Positions 47,020-56,445 of a stretch of DNA of 64,000 bases are shown piece after piece. The DNA is from Alphaproteobacteria bacterium (GTDB taxonomy: Bacteria > Pseudomonadota > Alphaproteobacteria > GCA-2731375). The notes under the pieces are model-generated. The model was not told where the DNA came from. It was given only the letters and a program-made list of their open reading frames with translations, and did no database searches. Numbering within the stretch: position 1 is the first letter of the stretch; the number at the start of each line of letters is the position of its first letter. The stretch is taken from positions 1,888,001-1,952,000 of the forward strand of contig CBDDPY010000002.1 in NCBI GenBank assembly GCA_965232515.1, read 5' to 3'. A program made the position numbers and the translations under genes.

Positions 47020-48552
47020 TCAGAACGTCGTCGGCCAGGTCGAAAGGCGGTGCCGGCCGACGCCGTTCGTCGGCCCGCGCCGATGCACGGCCAGCATCTG
47101 CGACAGCCAGGCCCGGGTCTCGCGCGGGTCCAGCACGGCCTGGGCGCAGAACGAGGCCGCGAGGTCGTAGGCCGCGGTGTCCTGCGAGACCTTTTCGGCC
47201 AGCTCGCGGTACCGCGCCGGATCGTCTTCCTCGCGCACCCGGTAGACCACGTTCACGGCCGCGTTCGGGTCCATGAAGCTGACGTCGGCCGAGACCCAGG
47301 CGGCCATGGCGTCGGCCACGCCCGCGCCCATGTTGAGATGCGCCTGTCCATAGCTCTTGCGCATGATCACCGACAGCTTCGGCACATCAGCCAGATGCAG
47401 GGCCTGCATGTAGTTCATGATCTTGCCGGGCAGGCGCAGCCGCTCGCCGGCGACGCCGACCAGGAATCCCGGCGTGTCCGCCAGCGTCACGATCGGCAGG
47501 TTGAAGGAATCGCAGAGCACGATCAGGTTGATCGCCTTGTCGCAGGCGTCCGAGTCGAGCGCGCCACCCTTGAACATCGGGTTGGTCGCGATCACGCCGA
47601 CGCTGCGCCCGTCGATGCGGGCGAGCCCGGTGGTGAGGTTGCGGGCGAAGCGCTCCTTGATCGGGAAATAGCTGTCCTTGTCGACCAGCAGCCGGATCAC
47701 CTTGCGCACATCATAGACCTTGGCCCGGCTTTCCGGCACCAGGTCTAGCAGGCCGTCCTGCGGCTGCGCCTGCTCGGGCGTCACCGCGACATCCGGCGGC
47801 GCCTCGCCCGCATGCGCCGGCAGATAGCTCAAAAACTGCTTCACCGCGTCCAACGCCGCCTCGTCCGTGTCGACCGCCAGATCGGCCTGTCCCGTGACCG
47901 CCGTCTGCATCTCCCAGCCGCCCAGCGTCTGCGGGTCGGCATCCTCCGAGATCGCCACCGAGGTCACGTTGATGCTGGAAATCGCCATCACCGCGCCCTT
48001 GCGCATAACGGTGAAGTCGCTGGTCACGGCCCGCCAGGTCCCGCCGCCATAGCTCTGGCCCAGAACCGCGGCCGCCACCGGCGTCGTGCGGTCACGGGCC
48101 AGATTGAAGTATTCGCCCGTCTTGTGGATGCCGGTCGCGCCCATGACGTCCGGGATGCGCGCGCCCGAGCATTCGCAGAGCATGATCAGCGGCAGGCCGT
48201 TCTCCTCGGCCAACTTCTGGCTGTAGACCAGCTTGTGTCCGGCGATCTCGGCGCTCGACGCACCCATGGCGCTGAAGTCGGCGGCGTTGATCACGGCCAA
48301 CCGCCCGTCGATCCGCCCCACCCCGTCGATGCTGCCGTCGCATGGCGCCCGGTCGTGATCCTCCGACCGCGCCGGCAGCGCCAGCAGCCCATGCTCGACG
48401 AACGTGCCCGCGTCGAACAGGTAATCGAGGCGCTCGCGCACGTTCATCACCCCGGCGTCGCGGAACTCGGCCAGCCGCTTCTCCGATCCCATCGCCAGCG
48501 CCGCGGCCCGCCGCCGCTCCAGCTCCGCCAACTCCGCCTCAAACCCCATCAT
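47020..48552 (-). CDS. Acyl-CoA carboxylase/decarboxylase carboxyltransferase subunit
   Basis: 'RERLDYLFDAGTF', 'SGARI', 'LARIDGRSVGVIA', 'LADTPGFLVG' and 'RKSYG'. Confidence 0.9.
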   Translation of the reverse strand: MMGFEAELAELERRRAAALAMGSEKRLAEFRDAGVMNVRERLDYLFDAGTFVEHGLLALPARSEDHDRAPCDGSIDGVGRIDGRLAVINAADFSAMGASSAEIAGHKLVYSQKLAEENGLPLIMLCECSGARIPDVMGATGIHKTGEYFNLARDRTTPVAAAVLGQSYGGGTWRAVTSDFTVMRKGAVMAISSINVTSVAISEDADPQTLGGWEMQTAVTGQADLAVDTDEAALDAVKQFLSYLPAHAGEAPPDVAVTPEQAQPQDGLLDLVPESRAKVYDVRKVIRLLVDKDSYFPIKERFARNLTTGLARIDGRSVGVIATNPMFKGGALDSDACDKAINLIVLCDSFNLPIVTLADTPGFLVGVAGERLRLPGKIMNYMQALHLADVPKLSVIMRKSYGQAHLNMGAGVADAMAAWVSADVSFMDPNAAVNVVYRVREEDDPARYRELAEKVSQDTAAYDLAASFCAQAVLDPRETRAWLSQMLAVHRRGPTNGVGRHRLSTWPTTF

Positions 48553-48669
48553 CGCCTCCCCTGTTTACGATCGGCTCACGAACGAACGCCCGATTATCCA
48601 ACAAGACGCCGTCGAACGCGCCGATGATATAGTCGGGGGCGTAAGTCGCGAGCCTAGGGGGAGGTCGGC

Positions 48670-48984
48670 ATGGCGTTGGATCAGCATCATCGAACGCTCG
48701 GCGTGATCAGTTTCGGTTTGGCGCTGGGTTTGGTCTCGGCGATCTATGTCTTCATTCTCGGCCTTGTCGCCAGCCTGTTCGGCTGGGGCGTGCCGGTGGC
48801 GATGTCGCTCGCTTCGCTCTTCATCGGCTTCGGGCCCAGCTTCGTCGGCGCCATCGCCGGCGCTGTCTGGGCTTTCGTCAACGGCCTGATCGCTGGCGTG
48901 CTGATCGCCTGGTTCTACAACCGTTTCCTGCTGCGCCGCCGTGCGCACATCTCATCCGGCACGACCGGCCAGCACGTCGATTAG
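48670..48984 (+). CDS. Small 2-3 TM membrane protein (family often labelled 'bacteriophage holin')
   Basis: Hydrophobic, with 'GFGPSFVGAIAGAVWAFVNGLIAGVLIAWFYNRF' and a GGAGG RBS. Confidence 0.72.
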   Translation: MALDQHHRTLGVISFGLALGLVSAIYVFILGLVASLFGWGVPVAMSLASLFIGFGPSFVGAIAGAVWAFVNGLIAGVLIAWFYNRFLLRRRAHISSGTTGQHVD

Positions 48985-49425
48985 GGCGTCAACCAGTCCC
49001 GCCTGTCCCTTGTGCAACTTGGTCCGCGCGGTCTCCAGATCGACCCAGGCGGCGCGATCCACTTCCGGAAACGCCTGCCGGCGGCCCGAGCGCGGCGGCC
49101 ATTCAATCTCGAACGTGTTGCTGACGACGGCCTCGGCGTCCGCGTCGGCCTCGACCGCAAAGGCGTGCACGACCTTCCCGCCCGACGTTTTCAGCGGCGG
49201 CAAGACATGGAACGGACCGCCCGGAATGGCCAAGCCAGTCTCCTCCGCGAACTCGCGCTTGGCCGCGATCAGCGGCTCTTCGCCATCATCGAACTCGCCT
49301 TTCGGGATCGACCAAGCGTGCTGGTCCTTCTTCGTCCAAAACGGCCCGCCCGGATGCACGAGAAAGATCTCCCAGCCAACGTCCCGCCGCCGGTAGAGCA
49401 ACAGACCCGCGCTCTGCTTCGCCAT
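48952..49425 (-). CDS. NUDIX hydrolase
   Basis: 'SAGLLLYR', 'LVHPGGPFW', Nudix box 'PKGEFDDGEEPLIAAKREFAEETG' and 'FPEVDRAAW'. Confidence 0.92.
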   Translation of the reverse strand: MAKQSAGLLLYRRRDVGWEIFLVHPGGPFWTKKDQHAWSIPKGEFDDGEEPLIAAKREFAEETGLAIPGGPFHVLPPLKTSGGKVVHAFAVEADADAEAVVSNTFEIEWPPRSGRRQAFPEVDRAAWVDLETARTKLHKGQAGLVDALIDVLAGRAG

Positions 49426-49459
49426 CCTGACCATCCGTGATTTTCGTCTCAGATTATTC

Positions 49460-49550
49460 ACCACAGAGAACACAGAGGACACAGAGTTGGTTGCTTATAG
49501 GCGCGAAGCGTCCGAACACCCCTCTCTGTGCCCTCTGTGTTCTCTGTGGT
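49460..49550. repeat. Palindromic element with 27-bp arms built from 9-nt units
   Basis: ACCACAGAGAACACAGAGGACACAGAG, a 37-nt spacer, then CTCTGTGCCCTCTGTGTTCTCTGTGGT (one mismatch). Confidence 0.82.
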
Positions 49551-49568
49551 TCACCCCTTTTTTGTGAA

Positions 49569-49597
49569 TGTCCCGTCCGCCCGGCCGTCGTTCGTCA
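49569..49597 (+). promoter_or_regulatory. Putative ECF sigma promoter upstream of yciI-like/ECF genes
   Basis: TGTCCC-N14-CGTTCGTCA, with identical boxes and spacing at 51308-51336. Confidence 0.68.
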
Positions 49598-49636
49598 GTC
49601 TGATAGACTGGACGCCATCGCGACGGAAGGACCGCC

Positions 49637-49990
49637 ATGACCGACTACCTGTTGATCCTGCGCGATCACGAGCAGCGCTGGGAGACGTTTTCGCCCGACG
49701 AGTTCCAGCGCATCATCGGCGCGTTCGCGGCCTGGAACGAGAAGATGCAGGCCGAGGGGTCGTTCGTCGGCGCCGGCAAGCTGACCAGCGACCGCGGCGT
49801 CACCCTGCGCGGCCGCGGCGGCGAGCTGGTCGTGGACGGTCCCTATGCCGAAGCCAAGGAGGCCATCGCCGGCTATTACCGCATCCGCGCCGCTGATATC
49901 GAGCAGGCCGGCGAGATCGCCCGCGGCTGCCCGATCCTGACCTACGGCGGCTCGGTCGAGGTCCGCCCCATGGCCGGCGGCGGCCAGTAG
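49637..49990 (+). CDS. YciI/DGPF-family protein
   Basis: 'VVDGPYAEAKEAIAGYY' and 'GSVEVRP'. Confidence 0.9.
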   Translation: MTDYLLILRDHEQRWETFSPDEFQRIIGAFAAWNEKMQAEGSFVGAGKLTSDRGVTLRGRGGELVVDGPYAEAKEAIAGYYRIRAADIEQAGEIARGCPILTYGGSVEVRPMAGGGQ

Positions 49991-49998
49991 CGGCGGCG

Positions 49999-51276
49999 AT
50001 GACGCGCCGGTTCGCGTCGCCGGCCCGCGCCGCGGTCGACGCCTGCCTCGACGGCGTCTACCGCGAACACTGGCGCAACCTCACGCTGGTGCTGGCCCGC
50101 CGTTTCGGCGCGGCCAATCTGGACCTGATCGAAAGCGCGCTGCAGGCCGCCACCGTGAAGGCGATGGACGCCTGGCCGTTCCAGGGCCTGCCCGACAACC
50201 CCGCCGGCTGGCTGCTGCAGGTCGCCCGCAATCAGGTGATCGACGCGCTCCGTCGCCGCGCCATGCGGGCCGGCAAGGCCGCCGCCGTCGCCGAGCAGCT
50301 CTATGCCGACGCCGCGGTCGAGCCGGTCAGCCCCGATCCGCTCGACGACGACGCGCTGACCATGATGTTCGTCTGCTGCCACCCGGACCTGAAACCGCGC
50401 GAGAGCATCGCGCTGACGCTGCAGGTGATCTGCGGCCTGCGCACGCGCGAGATCGCCCGGGCCATGCTGACCGGCGAGGAAGCCCTACGCAAAACCATCA
50501 CCCGCACCAAGACCAAGATCCGCGACCGCGCCATCCCGTTCGAAACGCCGCCCCGGGCCGACCTCGCCGCCCGCCTCGACCGCGTCCTGCAGATCGTCTA
50601 CCTGCTGTTCAACGAAGGCTATACCGCCCATGTCGGCGACAACCTGGTGCGCCGCGACCTCTGCAACGAGGCCCTGCGCATCGCCTCCCTGATCCTGGCG
50701 AGCACCCTGCCGGACAAGGGCCGGGTCTATGCGCTCGCCGCGCTGATGGCCTTCCAGGCCGCGCGCCTGCCGGCCCGCATCGATGCCGACGGCCGCCTGC
50801 TGCGCCTGGCCGAGCAGGACCGCATGCTTTGGGACCGCGACCTGATCGCCCGCGGCATGACCTGCCTCGAACGCTCGATGACCGGCGATGAGCGTTCCGG
50901 CTATCACCTGCAAGCCGCCATCGCCGCGTGCCACGCCGCCGCACCCTCCTACGAGGCGACGGACTGGCCGCGCATCCGCGCCTTCTACGACGATCTCAGA
51001 TCGATGACGCCCTCGCCCATCGTCGAGCTCAACCGCGCGGTCGCCGTGGCGATGACCGACGGCCCGGCCGCCGGCCTCGCCATCCTGGACCGGCTGGAGG
51101 CCGGGGACGCGCTGCCGGGCGAGCACCTGTTGCCGTCTCTGCAGGCCGACTTTCACCGCCGCCTGGGCGACGCCGAGACCGCCGGCCGCTACTACCGCCG
51201 CGCCCTCGACCTGGTGCAAAACGTGCAGCAGCGCCGCTTTCTGCTACGGCAGATCGAGACCGCCGGCCACTGGTGA
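49999..51276 (+). CDS. ECF sigma factor with C-terminal TPR-like extension (ECF42-type)
   Basis: 'GLPDNPAGWLLQVARNQVID', 'MFVCCHPDL', 'YLLFNEGY', 'QDRMLWD' and 'LNRAVAVA'. Confidence 0.9.
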   Translation: MTRRFASPARAAVDACLDGVYREHWRNLTLVLARRFGAANLDLIESALQAATVKAMDAWPFQGLPDNPAGWLLQVARNQVIDALRRRAMRAGKAAAVAEQLYADAAVEPVSPDPLDDDALTMMFVCCHPDLKPRESIALTLQVICGLRTREIARAMLTGEEALRKTITRTKTKIRDRAIPFETPPRADLAARLDRVLQIVYLLFNEGYTAHVGDNLVRRDLCNEALRIASLILASTLPDKGRVYALAALMAFQAARLPARIDADGRLLRLAEQDRMLWDRDLIARGMTCLERSMTGDERSGYHLQAAIAACHAAAPSYEATDWPRIRAFYDDLRSMTPSPIVELNRAVAVAMTDGPAAGLAILDRLEAGDALPGEHLLPSLQADFHRRLGDAETAGRYYRRALDLVQNVQQRRFLLRQIETAGHW

Positions 51277-51307
51277 GAACGCAATAGGCGTTTCGACTCC
51301 CGGCGCC

Positions 51308-51336
51308 TGTCCCATCTCAGCCGCATCCGTTCGTCA
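51308..51336 (+). promoter_or_regulatory. Second copy of the putative ECF promoter, upstream of the VOC gene
   Basis: TGTCCC-N14-CGTTCGTCA. Confidence 0.68.
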
Positions 51337-51374
51337 TTGCCATGACAACACCGCAAACAACGAAGGGACACGTC

Positions 51375-51743
51375 ATGTCGGACAACAAGATCAACGTGAA
51401 CTGATTCGAGATTCCGGTGGCAAACCTCGACCGCGCCGCGAAGTTCTACAGCACCGTGCTCGGAACAACCCTGGTGCCGATGGAAATGCCCGGCATCCGC
51501 ATGCAGGCATTCCCCGGCCCTGAGAACATGACCGGCGCGCTGGTCGAGAGCGAGCACAACAAGCCGGCCGGCACCGGCACGCTCGTCTTCCTCGATGCGG
51601 CCGGCGACATCCCGGCCATTCTCGCCCGCGTCGGCGACGCCGGCGGCCAGGTCGTGCTGCCGAAGACGCCCATCGGCGAGTTCGGCCATGTCGGCCAGTT
51701 CATCGACACCGAGGGCAACCGCATCGCGCTGCACAGCCACTGA
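51375..51743 (+). pseudogene. VOC/glyoxalase-family gene with in-frame TGA at codon 10
   Basis: The ATG at 51375 gives MSDNKINVN*FEIPVANLDRAAKFY...FIDTEGNRIALH. The TGA at 51402-51404 replaces the Trp of the conserved 'WFEIP'. Confidence 0.75.
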
Positions 51744-51791
51744 CCGCGGCGGCCACGGGCGCAACCCAAGCGTCCGTGGCCCTTCGGCGGC

Positions 51792-52169
51792 TCAGAGCAG
51801 ACCGCGCTCGCCCAGCACGTCCTCGGCGATGCGGAAGCTGTCGATACAGGCCGGGATGCCGCAATAGGCGACGGTCTGGTACAGCACCTCCTGGATTTCC
51901 TCGACCGTGCAGCCGTTGTTGATGGCCGAGTTCACGTGCATGCGGATCTCGTGCGGCCGGTTCAGCGCCGTCAGCATGGCGAGGCACAGCATGCTGCGCA
52001 CCTTGCGTTCAAGGCCGGGTCGCGCCCAGATATCGCCGAAGGCGTTCTCCTCAGAAAAGCGCCGGATCGGCGCGTTGAAATCGTTGGTCGCCGCATCGCG
52101 CTTGGCCATGTAATCGGCGCCCAGCACCTCGGTCAGGATCTGCCGCCCGCGTTCCCGCTTCTCACTCAT
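51792..52169 (-). CDS. Carboxymuconolactone decarboxylase-family protein
   Basis: 'FGDIWARPGLERKVRSM', 'HVNSAINNG' and 'YCGIP'. Confidence 0.88.
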   Translation of the reverse strand: MSEKRERGRQILTEVLGADYMAKRDAATNDFNAPIRRFSEENAFGDIWARPGLERKVRSMLCLAMLTALNRPHEIRMHVNSAINNGCTVEEIQEVLYQTVAYCGIPACIDSFRIAEDVLGERGLL

Positions 52170-52188
52170 CGCCTGTCTCCCTCCAGAT

Positions 52189-52935
52189 TCAAAGCAATAC
52201 GAAACCACCGTCGGCGATCAGCGTTTCGCCGACCACGTAGGACGCGGCGTCGGAGGCCAAGAACACGGTCAGCTTCGCCATCTCCTCCGCGTTGCCAAGA
52301 CGACCGGCCGGGATCATCTTCAGGCTCGCCGCGTATTGCGCCGGGTCGTCCCGCAGGTACTGATTGATCGCCGTCAGCGTGCGGCCCGGCGCCAGCGCCA
52401 CCACGCGCACGCCGTGCGGCGCCCACTCGGCCGCCGCCGCGCGGGTGAACTGCGAGATGCCGGCCTTGGTCGCCGAATAGACCCCGCGCTCGGCCGAGCC
52501 CCAGAACGCGAGCTGCGAGGACGTGCTGACGATCACGCCGCGCCCGCGTTCCACCATGCCGCGGCCCACGGCGACGGCGAGCTGAACCGGCCCCGCGAAA
52601 TTGGTGGCGACTAGCGCCTGGATGTCCTCCGGCGTCTGATCGAGCAACGGCCCCAGACGGGCGATGCCGGCATTGTTGCAGAGCACGTCGACCGCGCCGG
52701 CCGCTTCGGCCAGCGCCAGCACCGACGTCAAATCCGACTGGTCATAGACATGCCACGTCGCACCAAGCGTCTCGGCGACCGCCTGCACGCCCGCCTCGTT
52801 GACATCGGCCAACAGCAGCTCTGCGCCATGGCCGGCGAAGGCTTCCGCCATCGCCTGTCCGAGCCCGCTCGCGGCGCCCGTCACCAGCACCCGCTTGCCG
52901 TTGAAATCGAAGTCCTTACTCTCCAGCATCGTCAT
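52189..52935 (-). CDS. Short-chain dehydrogenase/reductase
   Basis: 'TGAASGLG', 'NNAG' and 'YSATK'. The real start is near 52935, not the ORF-track 54048. Confidence 0.9.
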   Translation of the reverse strand: MTMLESKDFDFNGKRVLVTGAASGLGQAMAEAFAGHGAELLLADVNEAGVQAVAETLGATWHVYDQSDLTSVLALAEAAGAVDVLCNNAGIARLGPLLDQTPEDIQALVATNFAGPVQLAVAVGRGMVERGRGVIVSTSSQLAFWGSAERGVYSATKAGISQFTRAAAAEWAPHGVRVVALAPGRTLTAINQYLRDDPAQYAASLKMIPAGRLGNAEEMAKLTVFLASDAASYVVGETLIADGGFVLL

Positions 52936-53025
52936 CCCTCTCCGGTTCCGAATTCCGCCTGCCGACCGTAGCAGAATTCGTGCGACACTCGGCCGTCCGT
53001 TCCGTCCGTCGTACCGGGAGTAAGC

Positions 53026-54222
53026 ATGGCTGAGAGCTATCCGCTGGCCGGGATCCGGGTCATCGACCTGGGCCAGATCTATAACGGCCCGTATGCCACC
53101 TTCCTGATGGCGATGGCCGGCGCCGAGGTCATCAAGGTCGAGCCCAGGCACGGCGAGCCGCTCCGCCGGCGCAGCGTCGCCGATGCCGGCTCGCTGCCGC
53201 TGGCGCTGCTGAACGCCAACAAGCGCGGCATCACGCTCAACCTGAAGCACGAGCGCGGCCGCGAGCTGCTGGTCGCGCTCGCCGAGACCGCCGACGTGCT
53301 GTTGGAGAACTTCGCGCCCGGCGTGATGGCGAAGCTGGGTCTCGGGCACGAGACCCTGCAGGCCGCCAATCCACGGCTGATCTATGCCTCCGGCTCCGGC
53401 TACGGCCGCAGCGGTCCCAACAAGGACGACCTCGCCATGGACCTGACCGTGCAGGCGACTTCCGGCCTGATGAGCGTCACCGGCATGCCAGACGGCCCGC
53501 CGGTCAAAGCCGGCGGCGCGGTCTGCGATTTCCTGGGCGGCACCCACCTCTACGCCGCCGTCGTCACCGCGCTCTACGAACGCGAGCGCACCGGCCGCGG
53601 CCGGCTGGTCGAGGTCGCCATGCAGGAGGCGACGCTGCCGACGCTGGTCTCGAACCTCGGCATGATGCATTTGAACGACGGGGCCGTGCCGCCGCGCACC
53701 GGCAGCCGCCACGGCGGCATGGCGATCGCGCCCTACAACGTCTATCGCTGCCGCGACGGCTACGTCGCCATCATCACCGCCACCGACCAGCATTGGCTGA
53801 ACGTGCTCGACGCCATGGGCCGGCCCGACCTGAAGGACGACCCCCGCTTCGCCAACAACGAGAAACGCGCGGCGCATATGGACATCGTCGACAAGCTTGT
53901 CGAGGACTGGACCATGACGCTCGACCGCGATGACCTGCTGGCGGCGGCCCGCCGGCATCATATTGCCTGCGCCCCGGTGCGCGACCTGACGGAGGTGGCG
54001 GCAGATCCGCACATGCACGAACGCGGCATGCTGACACCTTTCGACCACCCCGATCTCGGCCCGGTCACGGCCATGACCAGTCCGCTGCGCTTCGACGGCC
54101 TGCCGCAGACGCCACTCACGCCCAGCCCACGCCTCGGCGCCGACAATGCCGGTGTCTATGGCGCGCTGCTCGGCCTGACGGCCGATGAGATTACCGAGTT
54201 GGAAAACGATGGCGTGATCTAA
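53026..54222 (+). CDS. Family III CoA-transferase (CaiB/BaiF)
   Basis: 'PLAGIRVIDL', 'GAEVIKVE', 'NANKRG', 'LENFAPG' and 'PRLGADN'. Confidence 0.93.
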   Translation: MAESYPLAGIRVIDLGQIYNGPYATFLMAMAGAEVIKVEPRHGEPLRRRSVADAGSLPLALLNANKRGITLNLKHERGRELLVALAETADVLLENFAPGVMAKLGLGHETLQAANPRLIYASGSGYGRSGPNKDDLAMDLTVQATSGLMSVTGMPDGPPVKAGGAVCDFLGGTHLYAAVVTALYERERTGRGRLVEVAMQEATLPTLVSNLGMMHLNDGAVPPRTGSRHGGMAIAPYNVYRCRDGYVAIITATDQHWLNVLDAMGRPDLKDDPRFANNEKRAAHMDIVDKLVEDWTMTLDRDDLLAAARRHHIACAPVRDLTEVAADPHMHERGMLTPFDHPDLGPVTAMTSPLRFDGLPQTPLTPSPRLGADNAGVYGALLGLTADEITELENDGVI

Positions 54223-54242
54223 CGCTCAGCGGAGACGACCCC

Positions 54243-55538
54243 ATGTCCCACGACCTGATCATCCGCAACGCCAGCCTGCCGGACGGCCGTCGCGGCCAGG
54301 ACATCGCCATCCGCGACGGCCGCATCGCCGATATCGGCCCGGCGCTCGACGGCGCGGCCGGCCGCGAGATCGACGCCGCCGGCCAGCTCGTCGCGCCGCC
54401 CTTCGTCGACGTGCACTTCCATATGGACGCCACCCTGTCGCTGGGCCAGCCGCGCTTCAACGAATCCGGCACTTTGCTGGAAGGCATCCAATTGTGGGGC
54501 GAGCTGAAGCCGCACCTCACCCAGGACGCCGTCGTCGAACGGGCCTTGCGCTACTGCGACCTCGCCGTCTCGCAGGGTCTGCTGGCGATCCGCAGCCATG
54601 TCGATATCTGCGACGACCGGCTGCTCGCCGTCGAGGCCCTGCTCGACGTCAAGGCGCGGGTGAAGCCCTATCTCGACCTGCAGCTCGTCGCCTTCCCGCA
54701 GGACGGCTATCTGCGGTCGGCCAACGCCGTCGCCAACCTGACGCGCGCGCTCGAGATGGGCGTCGATATCGTCGGCGGCATCCCGCATTTCGAACGCACC
54801 ATGGCCGACGGCGCCGCCTCGGTGCGGGCGCTTTGCGAGATCGCCGCCGACCGCGGCCTGATGGTCGACATGCATTGCGACGAAAGCGACGATCCGCTGT
54901 CGCGGCACATCGAGACGCTCGCGGCCGAAACCCAGCGCCTTGGCCTCGGCGGCCGGGTCACCGGCTCGCACCTGACGTCCATGCACTCGATGGACAACTA
55001 CTACGTATCCAAGCTGCTGCCGCTGATGGCCGAAGCCGGCGTCAATGCGGTCGCCAACCCGCTGATCAACATCACGCTGCAGGGCCGGCACGACAGCTAC
55101 CCCAAGCGCCGCGGCATGACCCGGGTGCCCGAACTGATGGCCGCCGGCGTGCCGGTGGCGCTGGGCCAGGACTGCGTCATGGATCCCTGGTACTCGCTCG
55201 GCACGGCCGACATGCTGGACGTGGCGTATATGGCCATTCACGTCGGCCAGATGACCGGTCGCGAGGCCATGCGGGCCTGCTTCGAGGCGGTGACGACGGC
55301 GCCGGCCGCGATCATGGGGCTCGACGGTTACGGCCTTGAACCGGGCTGCCACGCGGATCTCGTCATCCTGCAGGCGAGCGACCCGATCGAGGCGATCCGC
55401 CTGCGGCCGCCGCGCCTCTACGTAATTCGTCGGGGCGAGATCATCAGTGAAACCGCGCCGCGGCATACCGCGCTCAGCCTGGACCGGCGGCCCGCCGCGC
55501 TCGACCCCGCCGCCTATGCGCCGGGGTCGCCGGCCTGA
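54243..55538 (+). CDS. codA: Cytosine deaminase-like amidohydrolase
   Basis: 'FVDVHFHMD', 'VAFPQDG', 'GGIPHFE', 'MHCDESDD', 'SHLTSMHS' and 'GQDCVMDPWY'. Confidence 0.88.
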   Translation: MSHDLIIRNASLPDGRRGQDIAIRDGRIADIGPALDGAAGREIDAAGQLVAPPFVDVHFHMDATLSLGQPRFNESGTLLEGIQLWGELKPHLTQDAVVERALRYCDLAVSQGLLAIRSHVDICDDRLLAVEALLDVKARVKPYLDLQLVAFPQDGYLRSANAVANLTRALEMGVDIVGGIPHFERTMADGAASVRALCEIAADRGLMVDMHCDESDDPLSRHIETLAAETQRLGLGGRVTGSHLTSMHSMDNYYVSKLLPLMAEAGVNAVANPLINITLQGRHDSYPKRRGMTRVPELMAAGVPVALGQDCVMDPWYSLGTADMLDVAYMAIHVGQMTGREAMRACFEAVTTAPAAIMGLDGYGLEPGCHADLVILQASDPIEAIRLRPPRLYVIRRGEIISETAPRHTALSLDRRPAALDPAAYAPGSPA

Positions 55539-55556
55539 TCCGAAGCGGCGCGCACC

Positions 55557-56207
55557 TTACTCGTCGCTCTGGCCGCCGCCTTTCCAGCGCGGACGGCTGT
55601 GGTTCTCGGTGAAGTCGGTGAACATCAGATTGAAGCTGACGCTGATGCGCCGCTCGGCGCTCTGGTTCGACGGCACCGAGTGGGTCAGCCAGGCCGGAAA
55701 CAGCACGATCGTCCCGGGCTCCACCGTCAGGGTAGCGCTGCGCGAGTTCAACGCGTTCCGGGTCTCGACCCTGGGCAGGATCACCTTGTTCTGAAACCGC
55801 GGATCGTGGAACAGGATCTGGTCGCCGCCGGGCTGGACCTTGGCGTAGTAGACGCCGCTCAGATAATTGTTGGGGTGGGTGTGTTGTTGGTGGCCATGGA
55901 CGCCGGCCGCCTTCACATTCGCCCAGCAGCCGGTCACCACAAGCTCGCGCTCGACCGTGTTCATGGCGGCAAGCGCCTCGGCCGCCGCCGCCTCGGCATA
56001 GCGGTTGAGCGGCGCGAACTCCTCGAGCTCCTGCAAATTGTTCGGGCTCTGCCAGGACCCCTCGGCGTCGAATGCCGGATCGGCCGCCGCCAGGGCGTCG
56101 ATCTTCGGAATGATCGCCGCGTTCAGCGCCTCGCACTCCGCCGTCGCGAGCTTCGAGATCCATACCGGACTGGGGAACAGCCCGATCATATTTTTTGCTT
56201 CGAACAC
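55557..56207 (-). CDS. Putative 2OG-Fe(II) oxygenase (TIGR02466-like)
   Basis: 'LFPSPVW', 'WANV', 'HTHPNNYLSGVYY', 'LFPAWLTHSV' and 'RISVSFN'. Start is 56207 (GTG) or 56189. Confidence 0.85.
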   Translation of the reverse strand: MFEAKNMIGLFPSPVWISKLATAECEALNAAIIPKIDALAAADPAFDAEGSWQSPNNLQELEEFAPLNRYAEAAAAEALAAMNTVERELVVTGCWANVKAAGVHGHQQHTHPNNYLSGVYYAKVQPGGDQILFHDPRFQNKVILPRVETRNALNSRSATLTVEPGTIVLFPAWLTHSVPSNQSAERRISVSFNLMFTDFTENHSRPRWKGGGQSDE

Positions 56208-56366
56208 CTTCGTCGACCCTCCAGAAATGTCGGCGGCCGCGGAGGTCCGCTCACGACGGCCGCTTCGGCACGAGTACATCGCCGGCGGGTCGCGATCAAT
56301 AGGCGGCGGCTGGGCAGATTGCCGCATATCGTCGTCGGGGGCGGCACGCCGGTCACGCCTGCACGG

Positions 56367-56382
56367 GTAATGTCTTGTTAAC
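56367..56382 (+). promoter_or_regulatory. Near-consensus CtrA box upstream of the Cle-like receiver
   Basis: GTAA-TGTCTTG-TTAAC (one mismatch). Confidence 0.55.
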
Positions 56383-56445
56383 TACCCGCAAATACACTTC
56401 CCGATAGAGGCCCGCGTTTTTTCGCCAGCACCGTTGCGGCACACC

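Noticed and set aside
48670-48984. Holin-like gene as evidence of a prophage
   Set aside because: No endolysin, integrase or structural phage genes nearby.
45760-49550. Repeat-spacer-repeat elements as mini-CRISPR arrays
   Set aside because: The arms are inverted rather than direct, each has only one spacer, and no cas genes are present.
51402-51404. TGA as selenocysteine or code-4 Trp
   Set aside because: The aligned residue is Trp, not Cys, no convincing SECIS was seen, and TGA terminates many other genes here.
52189-54048. 619-aa ORF ending in an SDR domain
   Set aside because: The upstream part is antisense to the CoA-transferase. Only 52189-52935 is a credible gene.
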